From Antedon mediterranea (Eukaryota > Animalia > Echinodermata): a stretch of 64,000 bases of DNA. The stretch is from assembly GCF_964355755.1 (NCBI RefSeq), contig NC_092676.1, positions 12,572,771 through 12,636,770 on the forward strand, given 5' to 3'. The position numbers were made by a program, and so were the translations under genes. Shown piece by piece: positions 24,341 through 39,400 of this stretch. Within the stretch, counting starts at the first letter, position 1. The number at the start of each line of letters is the position of its first letter. The notes below the pieces were generated by a model, which worked only from the letters and a program-made list of their open reading frames with translations, made no database searches and had not been told where the DNA came from.

Positions 24341-27300
24341 TTTAGCATTTCGATAATACTTTTCACACAAAAACATCAAAGTGTACAAAATAGCTTCAAA
24401 TCGCATTTGGAGACGTTTTAGACCATTTTGTGCATTTCGATGAAACTTGGTTACACAAAAACATCAAAGTGCTTAAAATCACATTTGAAATCGTTTTAGA
24501 CCATTTTGAGCATTTCGATAAAACTTTTCACACAAAAAAATCAAAGTGCACAAAATAGCTTCAAATCGCATTTGGAGACGTTTTAGACTATTTTGTGCAT
24601 TTCGAAAAAATTTGTTAACATAAAAAGACCAAAGTGTTTAGAATATCTCCAAATCGCATTTGGAGACGTTTTAAATCATTTTGTGCATTTCGATGGAACT
24701 TGGTTACACAAAAACATCAAAGTGCTTAAAATCACATTTAAAACCGTTTTAGAGCATTTTGAGCATTTCGATAAAACTTTTCACACAAAAACATCAAAGT
24801 GTACAAAATAGCTTCAAATCGCATTTAGAGAGGTTTTAGACCATTTTGTGCATTTCGATAAAACTTTACACACAAAAACATCAAAGTGTACAAAATAGCT
24901 TCAAATCGCATTTAGAGACGTTTTAGACCATTTTGTGCATTTCGATAAAACTTTTCACACAAAAACATCAAATTGCACAAAATAGCTTAATATCGTGTTT
25001 GAAAACGTTTTAAACCATTTTGAGCATGTCGATAAAACTTTTCACACAAAAACATCAAAGTGCACAGAATATCTTCAAATCGCATATAGAGACGTTTTAG
25101 ACCATTTTGTGCATTTCGAAAAAATTTGTTAACATTAAAAGACCAATGTGTTTAGAATATCTCCAAATCGCATTTGGAGACGTTTTAGACCATTTTGTGC
25201 ATTTCGATGAAACTTGGTTACACAAAAACATCAAAGTGCTTAAAATCACATTTGAAACCGTTTTAGAGCATTTTGAGCATTTCGATAAAACTTTTCAAAC
25301 AAAAACATCAAAGTGTACAAAATAGCTTCAAATCACATTTGAAACCGTTTTAGACCATTTTGAGCATTTCGATAAAACTTTTCACACAAAAACATCAAAG
25401 TGTACAAAATGGCTTCAAATCGCATTTGGAGACGTTTTAGAGCATTTTGAGCATTTCGATCAAACTTTTCACACAAAAACATCAAAGTGTACAAAATAAC
25501 TTCAAATCGCATTTAGAGACGTTTTAGACCATTTTGTGCATTTTGGTAAAACTTTTCACACAAAAACATCAAATTGCACAAAATAGCTTAATATCGTGTT
25601 TGAAAACGTTTTAAACCATTTTGAGCATGTCGATAAAACTTTTCACATAAAAATATCAAAGTGCACAGAATAGCTTCAAATCGCATTTGGAGACGTTTTA
25701 GACCATTTTGTGCATTTTGGTAAAACTTTTCACACAAAAACATCAAATTGCACAAAATAGCTTAATATCGTGTTTGAAAACGTTTTAAACCATTTTGAGC
25801 ATGTCGATAAAACTTTTCACTCAAAAATATCAAAGTGCACAGAATATCTTCAAATCGCATTTAGAGACGTTTTAGACCATTTTGTGCATTTTGAAAAAAT
25901 TTGTTAACATAAAAAGACCAAAGTGTTTAGAATATCTCCAAATCGCATTTGGAGACGTTTTAGACCATTTTGTGTTTTTCGAAAAAACTTTTCACACAAA
26001 AACATCAAAGTGTACAAAATTGCTTCAAATCGCATTTGGAGACGTTTTAGACCATTTTGTGCATTTTGGTAAAACTTTTCACACAAAAACATCAAAATTC
26101 ACAAAATAGCTTAATATCGTGTTTGAAAACGTTTTAAACCATTTTGAGCATGTCGATAAAACTTTTCACTCAAAAATATCAAAGTGCACAGAATATCTTC
26201 AAATCGCATTTAGAGACGTTTTAGACCATTTTGTGCATTTCGAAAAAAATTGTTAACATAAAAAGACCAAAGTGTTTAGAATATCTCCAAATCGCATTTG
26301 GAGACGTTTTAGACCATTTTGCGCATTTCGATGAAACTTGGTTACACAAAAACATCAAAGTGCTTAAAATCACATTTAAAACCGTTTTAGAGCGTTTTGA
26401 GCATTTCGATAAACTTTTCAAACAAAAACATCAAAGTGTACAAAATAGCTTCAAATCGTATTTGGAGACGTTTTAGACCATTTTGTGCGTTTCGATGAAT
26501 CTTGGTTACACAAAAACATCAAAGTGCTTAAAATCACATTTAAAACCGTTTTAGTGCATTTTGAGCATTTCGATAAAACTTTTCACACAAAAACATCAAA
26601 GTGCACAAAATAGCTTCAAATCGCATTTAGAGATGTTTTAGACCATTTTGTGCGTTTCGATAAAACTTTTCACACAAAAACATCAAATTGCACAAAATAG
26701 CTTAATATCGTGTTTGAAAACGTTTTAGACCATTTTGAGCATGTCGATAAAACTTTTCACACAAAAACATAAAAGTGCACAAAATAGCTTCAAATCGCAT
26801 TTAGAGATGTTTTAGACCATTTTGTGCGTTTCGATAAAACTTTTCACACAAAAACATCAAATTGCACAAAATAGCTTAATATCGTGTTTGAAAACGTTTT
26901 AGACCATTTTGAGCATGTCGATAAAACTTTTCACACAAAAACATAAAAGTGCACAGAATAGCTTCAAATCGCATTTGGAGACGTTTTAGACCATTTTGTG
27001 CATTTCGAAAAAAACTTTTTAACATAAAAACACCAAAGTGCTTAGAATAGCTTCAAATCGCATTTGGAGACGTTTTAGACCATTTTGTGCATTTCGATGA
27101 AACTTGGTTACACAAAAACATCAAAGTGCTTAAAATCACATTTGAAACCGTTATAGAGCATTTTTAGCATTTCGATAAAACTTTTCACACAAAAACATCA
27201 AAGTGTACAAAATAGCTTCAAATCACATTTGAAACCGTTTTAGACCATTTTGAGCATTTCGATAAAACTTTTCACACAAAAACATCAAATTGCACAAAAT

Positions 27301-30300
27301 AGCTTAATATTGTGTTTGAAAACGTTTTAAACCATTTTGAGCATGTCGATAAAACTTTTCACACAAAAATATCAAAGTGCCCAGAATATCTTCAAATCGC
27401 ATTTAGAGACGTTTTAGACCATTTTGTGCATTTCGAAAAAATTTGTTAACATAAAAAGACCAAAGTGTTTAGATTATCTCCAAATCGCATTTGGAGACGT
27501 TTTAGACCATTTTGTGTTTTTCGAAAAAACTTTTCACACAAAAACATCAAAGTGTACAAAATTGCTTCAAATCGCATTTAGAGAGGTTTTAGACCATTTT
27601 GTGCATTTCGATAAAACTTTTCACACAAAAACATCAAAGTGCACAGAATATCTTAATACCGTGTCTGAAATCGTTTTAAACCATTTTGAGCATGTCGATA
27701 AAACTTTTCACACAAAAACATCAAAGTGCACAGAATATCTTCAAATCGCATTTAGAGACGTTTTAGACCATTTTGTGCATTTCGAAAAAATTTGTTAACA
27801 TAAAAAGACCAAAGTGTTTAGAATATCTCCAAATCGCATTTGGAGACGTTTTAGACCATTTTGTGCATTTCGATGAAACTTGGTTACACAAAAACATCAA
27901 AGTGCTTAAAATCACATTTGAAACCGTTTTAGAGCATTTTGAGCATTTCGATAAAACTTTTCACACAAAAACATCAAAGTGTACAAAATAGCTTCAAATC
28001 ACATTTGAAACCGTTTTAGACCATTTTGAGCATTTCGATAAAACTTTTCACACAAAAACATCAAAGTGTACAGAATAGCTTCAAATCGCATTTGGAGACG
28101 TTTTAGACCATTTTGTGCATTTCGATGAAACTTGGTTACACAAAAACATCAAAGTGCTTAAAATCACATTTGAAACCGTTTTAGAGCATTTTTAACATTT
28201 CGATAATACTTTTCACACAAAAAAATCAAACTGCACAAAATAGCTTCAAATCGTATTTGGAGAGGTTTTAGACCATTTTGTGCATTTCGATAAAACTTTT
28301 CACACAAAAACATCAAAGTGTACAAAATAGCTTCAAATCGCATTTAGAGACGTTTTAGACCATTTTGTGCATTTCGATAAAACTTTTCACACAAAAACAT
28401 CAAATTGCACAAAATAGCTTAATATCGTGTTTGAAAACGTTTTAAACCATTTTGAGCATGTCGATAAAACTTTTCACAAAAAAATATCAAAGTGCACAGA
28501 ATATCTTCAAATCGCATTTAGAGACGTTTTAGACCATTTTGTGCATTTCGATGAAACTTGGTTACACAAAAACATCAAAGTGCTTAAAATCACATTTAAA
28601 ACCGTTTTAGAGCGTTTTGAGCATTTCGATAAACTTTTTACACAAAAACATCAAAGTGCACAAAATAGCTTCAAATCGCATTTAGAGATGTTTTAGACCA
28701 TTTTGTGCATTTCGATAAAACTTTTCACACAAAAACATCAAATTGCACAAAATAGCTTAATACCGTGTTTGAAATCATTTTAAACCATTTTGAGCATGTC
28801 GATAAAACTTTTCACACAAAAACATCAAAGTGCACAGAATATCTTCAAATCGCATTTAGAGACGTTTTAGACCATTTTGTGCATTTCGAAAAAATTTGTT
28901 AACATAAAAAGACCAAAGTGTTTAGAATATCTCCAAATCGCATTTGGAGACGTTTTAGACCATTTTGTGCATTTCGATGAAACTTGGTTACACAAAAACA
29001 TCAAAGTGCTTAAAATCACATTTGAAACCGTTTTAGAGCATTTTGAGCATTTCGATAAAACTTTTCACACAAAAACATCAAAGTTTACAAAATAGCTTCA
29101 AATCACATTTGAAACCGTTTTAGACCATTTTGAGCATTTCGATAAAACTTTTCACACAAAAACATCAAAGTGTACAAAATAGCTTCAATTCGCATTTGGA
29201 GACGTTTTAGACCATTTTGTGCATTCCGATGAAACTTGGTTACACAAAAACATCAAAATGCTTAAAATCACATTTGAAACCGTTTTAGAGCATTTTTAGC
29301 ATTTCGATAATACTTTTCACACAAAAACATCAAAGTGTACAAAATAGCTTCAAATCGCATTTGGAGACGTTTTAGACCATTTTGTGCATTTCGATGAAAC
29401 TTGGTTACACAAAAACATCAAAGTGCTTAAAATCACATTTGAAACCGTTTTAGACCATTTTGAGCATTTCGATAAAACTTTTCACACAAAAAAATCAAAG
29501 TGCACAAAATAGCTTCAAATCGCATTTGGGGACGTTTTAGACTATTTTGTGCATTTCGAAAAAATTTGTTAACATAAAAAGACCAAAGTGTTTAGAATAT
29601 CTCCAAATCGCATTTGGAGACGTTTTAAACCATTTTGTGCATTTCGATGGAACTTGGTTACACAAAAACATCAAAGTGCTTAAAATCACATTTAAAACCG
29701 TTTTAGAGCATTTTTAGCATTTCGATAAAACTTTTCACACAAAAACATCAAAGTGTACAAAATAGCTTCAAATCACATTTGAAACCGTTTTAGACCATTT
29801 TGAGCATTTCGATAAAACTTTTCACACAAAAACATCAAAGTGTACAAAATAGCTTCAAATCGCATTTGGAGACGTTTTAGACCATTTTGTGCATTTCGAT
29901 GAAACTTGGTTACACAAAAACATCAAAGTGCTTAAAATCACATTTGAAACCGTTTTAGAGCATTTTTAGCATTTCGATAAATACTTTTCACACAAAAACA
30001 TCAAGGTGTACAAAATAGCTTCAAATCGCATTTGGAGACGTTTTAGACCATTTTGTGCATTTCGATGAAACTTGGTTACAAAAAAACATCAAAGTGCTTA
30101 AAATCACATTTGAAACCGTTTTAGACCATTTTGAGCATTTCGATAAAACTTTTCACACAAAAACATCAAATTGCACAAAATAGCTTAATATCGTGTTTGA
30201 AAACGTTTTAGACCATTTTGAGCATGTCGATAAAACTTTTCACACAAAAACATAAAAGTGAACAGAATAGCTTCAAATTGCATTTGGAGACCTTTTAGAG

Positions 30301-33300
30301 CATTTTGTGCATTTCGATAAAATGTGTTAATATAAAAAGACCAAAGTGTTTAGAATATCTTCAAATCACATTTGGAGACGTTTTAGACCATTTTTTGCAT
30401 TTCGATGAAACTTGGTTACACAAAAACATCAAAGTGCTTAAAATCACATTTAAAACCGTTTTAGAGCATTTTGAGCATTTCGATAAAACTTTTCACACAA
30501 AAACATCAAAGTGTACAAAATAGCTTCAAATCGAATTTAGAGAGGTTTTATACCATTTTGTGCATTTCGATAAAACTTTTCACACAAAAACATCAAAGTG
30601 TACAAAATAACTTCAAATCGCATTTAGAGACGTTTTAGACCATTTTGTGCATTTTGATAAAACTTTTCACACAAAAACATCAAATTGCACAAAATAGCTT
30701 AATACCGTGTTTGAAATCGTTTTAAACCATTTTGAGCATGTCGATAAAACTTTTCACAAAAAAACATCAAAGTGCACCGAATAGCTTCAAATCGCATTTG
30801 GAGACGTTTTAAACCATTTTGTGCATTTCGATGAAACTTGGTTACACAAAAACATCAAAGTGCTTAAAATCACATTTGAAACCGTTTTAGAGCATTTTGA
30901 GCATTTCGATAAAACTTTTCACACAAAAACATCAAAGTGTACAAAATAGCTTCAAATCGCATTTAGAGACGTTTTAGACCATTTTGTGCATTTCGAAAAA
31001 ATTTGTTAACATAAAAAGACCAAAGTGTTTAGAATATCTCCAAATCGCATTTGGAGACGTTTTAGACCATTTTGTGCATTTCGATGAAACTTGGTTACAC
31101 AAAAACATCAAAGTGCTTAAAATCACATTTGAAACCGTTTTAGAGCATTTTTAGCATTTCGATAATACTTTTCACACAAAAACATCAAAGTGTACAAAAT
31201 AGCTTCAAATCGCATTTGGAGACGTTTTAGACCATTTTGTGCATTTCGATGAAACTTGGTTACACAAAAACATCAAAGTGCTTAAAATCACATTTGAAAC
31301 CGTTTTAGACCATTTTGAGCATTTCGATAAAACTTTTCACACAAAAAAATCAAAGTGCACAAAATAGCTTCAAATCGCATTTGGAGACGTTTTAGACTAT
31401 TTTGTGCATTTTGAAAAAATTTGTTAACATAAAAAGACCAAAGTGTTTAGAATATCTCCAAATCGCATTTGGAGACGTTTTAAACCATTTTGTGCATTTC
31501 GATGGAACTTGGTTACACAAAAACATCAAAGTGCTTAAAATCACATTTAAAACCGTTTTAGATCATTTTGAGCATTTCGATAAAACTTTTCAGACAAAAA
31601 CATCAAATTGCACAAAATAGCTTAATACCGTGTTTGAAATCGTTTTAAACCATTTTGAGCATGTCGATAAAACTTTACACAAAAAAACATCAAAGTGCAC
31701 AGAATAGCTTCAAATCGCATTTGGAGACGTTTTAAACCATTTTGTGCATTTCAATAAAACTTTTCACATAAAAACAACAAAGTGTACAAAATAGCTTCAA
31801 ATCGCATTTAGAGACGTTTTAGACCATTTTGGGCATTTCGATGAAACTTGGTTACACAAATACATAAAAATGCTTAAAATCACATTTCAAACCGTTTTAG
31901 AGCATTTTGAGCATTTCGATAAATCTTTTCACACAAAAACATCAAAGTGCACAAAATAGCTTCAAATCGCATTTAGAGATGTTTTAGACCATTTTGTGCA
32001 ATTCGATAAAACTTTTCACACAAAAACATCAAATTGCACAAAATAGCTTAATATCGTGTTTGAAAACGTTTTAGACCATTTTGAGCATGTCGATAAAACT
32101 TTTCACACAAAAACATAAAAGTGAACAGAATAGCTTCAAATTGCATTTGGAGACGTTTTAGAGCATTTTGTGCATTTCGATAAAATGTGTTAACATAAAA
32201 AGACCAAAGTGTTTAGAATATCTTCAAATCACATTTGGAGACGTTTTAGACCATTTTTTGCATTTCGATGAAACTTGGTTACACAAAAACATCAAAGTGC
32301 TTAAAATCACATTTAAAACCGTTTTAGAGCATTTTGAGCATTTCGATAAAACTTTTCACACAAAAACATCAAAGTGTACAAAATAGCTTCAAAGCGCATT
32401 TAGAGAGGTTTTAGACCATTTTGTGCATTTCGATAAAACTTTTCACACAAAAACATCAAAGTGTACAAAATAACTTCAAATCGTATTTAGAGACGTTTTA
32501 GACCATTTTGTGCATTTTGTTAAAACTTTTCACACAAAAACATCAAATTGCACAAAATAGCTTAATATCGTGTTTGAAAACGTTTTAAACCATTTTCAGC
32601 ATGTCGATAAAACTTTTCACACAAAAATATCAAAGTGCACAGAATATCTTCAAATCGCATTTAGAGACGTTTTAGACCATTTTGTGCATTTCGAAAAAAT
32701 TTGTTAACATAAAAAGACCAAAGTGTTTAGAATATCTCCAAATCGCATTTGGAGACGTTTTAGACCATTTTGTGTTTTTCGAAAAAACTTTTCACACAAA
32801 AACATCAAAGTGTACAAAATTCCTTCAAATCGCATTTAGAGATGTTTTAGACCATTTTGTGCATTTCGAAAAAATTTGTTAACATAAAAAGACCAAAGTG
32901 TTTAGAATATCTCCAAATCGCATTTGGAGACGTTTTAGACCATTTTGTGCATTTCGATGACACTTGGTTACACAAAAACATCAAAGTGCTTAAAATCACA
33001 TTTAAAACCGTTTTAGAGCGTTTTGAGCATTTCGATAAACTTTTCAAACAAAAACATCAAAGTGTACAAAATAGCTTCAAATCGTATTTGGAGACGTTTT
33101 AGACCATTTTGTGCGTTTCGATGAATCTTGGTTACACAAAAACATCAAAGTGCTTAAAATCAAATTTAAAACCGTTTTAGTGCATTTTGAGCATTTCGAT
33201 AAAACTTTTCACACAAAAACATCAAAGTGCACAAAATAGCTTCAAATCGCATTTAGAGATGTTTTAGACCATTTTGTGCGTTTCGATAAAACTTTTCACA

Positions 33301-34209
33301 CAAAAACATCAAATTGCACAAAATAGCTTAATATCGTGTTTGAAAACGTTTTAGACCATTTTGAGCATGTCGATAAAACTTTTCACACAAAAACATCAAA
33401 GTTTACAAAATAGCTTCAAATCACATTTGGAGACGTTTTAAACCATTTTGTGCATTTCGAAAAAAACTTTTTAACATAAAAACACCAAAGTGCTTAGAAT
33501 AGCTTCAAATCGCATTTGGAGACGTTTTAGACCATTTTGTGCATTTCGATGAAACTTGGTTACACAAAAACATCAAAGTGCTTAAAATCACATTTGAAAC
33601 CGTTTTAGAGCATTTTGAGCATTTCGATAAAACTTTTCACACAAAAACATCAAAGTTTACAAAATAGCTTCAAATCACATTTGAAACCGTTTTAGACCAT
33701 TTTGAGCATTTCGATAAAACTTTTCACACAAAAACATCAAAGTGTACAAAATAGCTTCAAATCGCATTTGGAGACGTTTTAGACCATTTTGTGCATTTCG
33801 ATGAAACTTGGTTACACAAAAACATCAAAGTGCTTAAAATCACATTTGAAACCGTTTTAGACCATTTTGAGCGTTTCGATAAAACTTTTCACACAAATAA
33901 ATCAGAGTGCACAAAATAGCTTCAAATCGCATTTGGAGACGTTTTAGACTATTTTGTGCATTTCGAAAAAATTTGTTAACATAAAAAGACCAAAGTGTTT
34001 AGAATATCTCCAAATCGCATTTGGAGACGTTTTAAACCATTTTGTGCATTTCGATGGAACTTGGTTACACAAAAACATCAAAGTGCTTAAAATCACATTT
34101 AAAACCGTTTTAGAGCATTTTGAGCATTTCGATAAAACTTTTCACACAAAAACATCAAAGTGTACAAAATAGCTTCAAATCGCATTTAGAGACGTTTTAG
34201 ACCATTTTG

Positions 34210-36170
34210 TGCATTTTGATAAAACTTTTCACACAAAAACATCAAATTGCACAAAATAGCTTAATATTGTGTTTGAAAACGTTTTAAACCATTTTGAGCA
34301 TGTCGATAAAACTTTTCACACAAAAATATCAAAGTGCCCAGAATATCTTCAAATCGCATTTAGAGACGTTTTAGACCATTTTGTGCATTTCGAAAAAATT
34401 TGTTAACATAAAAAGACCAAAGTGTTTAGATTATCTCCAAATCGCATTTGGAGACGTTTTAGACCATTTTGTGTTTTTCGAAAAAACTTTTCACACAAAA
34501 ACATCAAAGTGTACAAAATTGCTTCAAATCGCATTTGGAGACGTTTTAGACCATTTTGTGATTTTCGAAAAACTTTTCACACAAAAACATCAAAGTGTAG
34601 AAAATTGCTTCAAATCGCATTTAGAGACGTTTTAGACCATTTTGTGCATTTCGAAAAAATTTGTTAACATAAAAAGACCAAAGTGTTTAGAATATTTCCA
34701 AATCGCATTTGGAGACGTTTTAGACCATTTTGTGCATTTCGATGAAACTTGGTTACACAAAAACATCAAAGTGCTTAAAATCACATTTAAAACCGTTTTA
34801 GAGCGTTTTGAGCATTTCGATAAACTTTTCACACAAAAACATCAAAGTGCACAAAATAGCATTTAGAGATGTTTTAGACCATTTTGTGCATTTCGATAAA
34901 ACTTTTCACACAAAAACATCAAATTGCACAAAAAAGCTTAATACCGTGTTTGAAATCGTTTTAAACCAATTTGAGCATGTCGATAAAACTTTTCACACAA
35001 AAAAATCAAAGTGCACAGAATATCTTCAAATCGCATTTAGAGACGTTTTAGACCATTTTGTGCATTTCGAAAAAATTTGTTAACATAAAAAGACCAAAGT
35101 GTTTAGAATATCTCCAAATCGCATTTGGAGACGTTTTAAACCATTTTGTGCATTTCGATGGAACTTGGTTACACAAAAACATCAAAGTGCTTAAAATCAC
35201 ATTTGAAAGCGTTTTAGAGCATTTTTAGCATTTCGATAATACTTTTCACACAAAAACATCAAAGTGTACAGAATAGCTTCAAATCGCATTTGGAGACGTT
35301 TTAGACCATTTTGTGCATTTCGATGAAACTTGGTTACACAAAAACATCAAAGTGCTTAAAATCACATTTGAAACCGTTTTAGAGCATTTTTAACATTTCG
35401 ATAATACTTTTCACACAAAAACATCAAAGTGTACAAAATAGCTTCAAATCGCATTTGGAGACGTTTTAGACCATTTTGTGCATTTCGATGAAACTTGGTT
35501 ACACAAAAACATCAAAGTGCTTAAAATCACATTTGAAAGCGTTTTAGAGCATTTTTAGCATTTCGATAATACTTTTCACACAAAAACATCAAAGTGCACA
35601 AAATAGCTTCAAATCGCATTTAGAGATGTTTTAGACCATTTTGTGCATTTCGATAAAACTTTTCACACAAAAACATCAAATTGCACAAAATAGCTTAATA
35701 CCGTGTTTGAAATCATTTTAAACCATTTTGAGCATGTCGATAAAACTTTTCACACAAAAACATCAAAGTTTTTAGAATATCTCCAAATCGCATTTGGAGA
35801 CGTTTTAGACCATTTTGTGCATTTCGATGAAACTTGGTTACACAAAAACATCAAAGTGCTTAAAATCACATTTGAAACCGTTTTAGAGCATTTTGAGCAT
35901 TTCGATAAAACTTTTCAAACAAAAACATCAAAGTGTACAAAATAGCTTCAAATCACATTTGAAACCGTTTTAGACCATTTTGAGCATTTCGATAAAACTT
36001 TTCACACAAAAACATCAAAGTGTACAAAATAGCTTCAAATCGCATTTGGAGACGTTTTAGACCATTTTGTGCATTTCGATGAAACTTGGTTACACAAAAA
36101 CATCAAAGTGCTTAAAATCACATTTGAAACCGTTTTAGAGCATTTTTAGCATTTCGATAATACTTTTCAC
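34210..36170 (+). repeat. Copy of ~7590-9545 at 26,624-bp offset
   Basis: Markers 7757/34381, 8184/34808 and 9079/35703; shared gtgtagaaaattgc variant and 10-bp deletion. Boundaries are approximate. Confidence 0.82.
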
Positions 36171-36499
36171 ACAAAAACATCAAAGTGTACAAAATAGCTT
36201 CAAATCGCATTTGGAGACGTTTTAGACCATTTTGTGCATTTCGATGAAACTTGGTTACACAAAAACATCAAAGTGCTTAAAATCACATTTGAAACCGTTT
36301 TAGACCATTTTGAGCATTTCGATAAAACTTTTCACACAAAAAAATCAAAGTGCACAAAATAGCTTCAAATCGCATTTGGGGACGTTTTAGACTATTTTGT
36401 GCATTTCGAAAAAAATTGTTAACATAAAAAGACCAAAGTGTTTAGAATATCTCCAAATCGCATTTGGAGACGTTTTAAACCATTTTGTGCATTTCGATG

Positions 36500-39400
36500 G
36501 AACTTGGTTACACAAAAACATCAAAGTGCTTAAAATCACATTTAAAACCGTTTTAGAGCATTTTTAGCATTTCGATAAAACTTTTCACACAAAAACATCA
36601 AAGTGTACAAAATAGCTTCAAATCGCATTTAGAGAGGTTTTAGACAATTTTGTGCATTTCGATAAAACTTTTCACACAAAAACATCAAAGTGTACAAAAT
36701 AGCTTCAAATTGGATTTAGAGACGTTTTAGACCATTTTGTGCATTTCGATAAAACTTTTCACACAAAAACATCAAATTGCACAAAATCGTTTTAAACCAT
36801 TTTAAATCGTTTTAAACCATTTTGAGCATTTCGATAAAACTTTTCACAAAAAACATCAAAGTGCACAGAATAGCTTCAAATTGCATTTGGAGACGTTTTA
36901 GAGCATTTTGTGCATTTCGATAAAATGTGTTAACATAAAAAGACCAAAGTGTTTAGAATATCTTCAAATCACATTTGGAGACGTTTTAGACCATTTTGTG
37001 CATTTCGATGAAACTTGGTTACACAAAAACATCAAAGTGCTTAAAATCACATTTGAAACCGTTTTAGAGCATTTTTAGCATTTCGATAAAACTTTTCACA
37101 CAAAAACATCAAAGTGTACAAAATAGCTTCAAATCGCATTTAGAGACGTTTTAGACCATTTTGTGCATTTCGAAAAAATTTGTTAACATAAAAAGACCAA
37201 AGTGTTTAGAATATCTCCAAATCGCATTTGGAGACGTTTTAGACCATTTTGTGCATTTCGATGAAACTTGGTTACACAAATACATCAAAGTGCTTAAAAT
37301 CACATTTGAAACCGTTTTAGAGCATTTTTAGCATTTCGATAATACTTTTCACACAAAAACATCAAAGTGTACAAAATAGCTTCAAATCGCATTTGGAGAC
37401 GTTTTAGACCATTTTGTGCATTTCGATGAAACTTGGTTACACAAAAACATCAAAGTGCTTAAAATCACATTTGAAACCGTTTTAGACCATTTTGAGCATT
37501 TCGATAAAACTTTTCACACAAAAAAATCAAAGTGCACAAAATAGCTTCAAATCGCATTTGGAGACGTTTTAGACTATTTTGTGCATTTTGAAAAAATTTG
37601 TTAACATAAAAAGACCAAAGTGTTTAGAATATCTCCAAATCGCATTTGGAGACGTTTTAAACCATTTTGTGCATTTCGATGGAACTTGGTTACACAAAAA
37701 CATCAAAGTGCTTAAAATCACATTTAAAACCGTTTTAGAGCATTTTGAGCATTTCGATAAAACTTTTCACACAAAAACATCAAAGTGTACAAAATAGCTT
37801 CAAATCGCATTTAGAGACGTTTTAGACCATTTTGTGCATTTCGATAAAACTTTTCACACAAAAACATCAAATTGCACAAATAGCTTAATACCGTGTTTGA
37901 AATCGTTTTAAACCATTTTGAGCATGTCGATAAAACTTTTCACAAAAAAACATCAAAGTGCACAGAATAGCTTCAAATCGCATTTGGAGACGTTTTAAAC
38001 CATTTTGTGCATTTCGATAAAACTTTTCACATAAAAACAACAAAGTGTACAAAATAGCTTCAAATCGCATTTGGAGACGTTTTAGACCATTTTGTGTATT
38101 TCGATGAAACTCATCAAAGTGCTTAAAATCACATTTGAAACCGTTTTAGAGCATTTTGAGCATTTCGATAAAACTTTTCACACAAAAACATCAAAGTTTA
38201 CAAAATAGCTTCAAATCACATTTGAAACCGTTTTAGACCATATTGAGCATTTCGATAAAACTTTTCACACAAAAAAATCAAAGTGTACAAAATAGCTTCA
38301 AATCGCATTTGGAGACGTTTTAGACCATTTTGTGTATTTCGATGAAACTTGGTTACACAAAAACATCAAAGTGCTTAAAATCACATTTGAAAGCGTTTTA
38401 GAGCATTTTTAGCATTTCGATAATACTTTTCACACAAAAACATCAAAGTGTACAAAATAGCTTCAAATCGCATTTGGAGACGTTTTAGACCATTTTGTGC
38501 ATTTCGATGAAACTTGGTTACACAAAAACATCAAAGTGCTTAAAATCACATTTAAAACAGTTTTAGAGCATTTTGAGCATTTCGATAAAACTTTTCACAC
38601 AAAAACATCAAAGTGTACAAAATAGCTTCAAATCGCATTTAGAGACGTTTTAGACCATTTTGTGCATTTCGAAAAAATTTGTTAACATAAAAAGACCAAA
38701 GTGTTTAGAATATCTCCAAATCGCATTTGGAGACGTTTTAGACCATTTTGTGCATTTCAATGAAACTTGGTTACACAAAAACATCAAAGTGCTTAAAATC
38801 ACATTTGAAACCGTTTTAGAGCATTTTTAGCATTTCGATAATACTTTTCACACAAAAACATCAAAGTGTACAAAATAGCTTCAAATCGCATTTAGAGAGG
38901 TTTTAGACCATTTTGTGCATTTCGATAAAACTTTTCACACAAAAACATCAAAGTGTACAAAATAGCTTCAAATCGCATTTAGAGACGTTTTAGACCATTT
39001 TGTGCATTTCGATAAAACTTTTCACACAAAAACATCAAATTGCACAAAATAGCTTAATACCGTGTTTGAAATCGTTTTAAACCATTTTGAGCATGTCGAT
39101 AAAACTTTTCACAAAAAAACATCAAAGTGCACAGAATAGCTTCAAATCGCATTTGGAGACGTTTTAAACCATTTTGAGCATTTCGATAAAACTTTTCACA
39201 CAAAAACATCAAAGTGTACAAAATAGCTTCAAATCGCATTTAGAGAGGTTTTAGACCATTTTGTGCATTTCGATAAAACTTTTCACACAAAAACATCAAA
39301 TTGCACAAAATAGCTTAATATCGTGTTTGAAAACGTTTTAAACCATTTTGAGCATGTCGATAAAACTTTTCACACAAAAATATCAAAGCGCACAGAATAT

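Noticed and set aside
27424-27798. Longest ORF (124 aa), Cys/His-rich and superficially zinc-finger-like or a repeat protein
   Set aside because: It is a chance run of monomers lacking the TAG. It has no consistent C2H2 spacing and its DNA is ordinary satellite.
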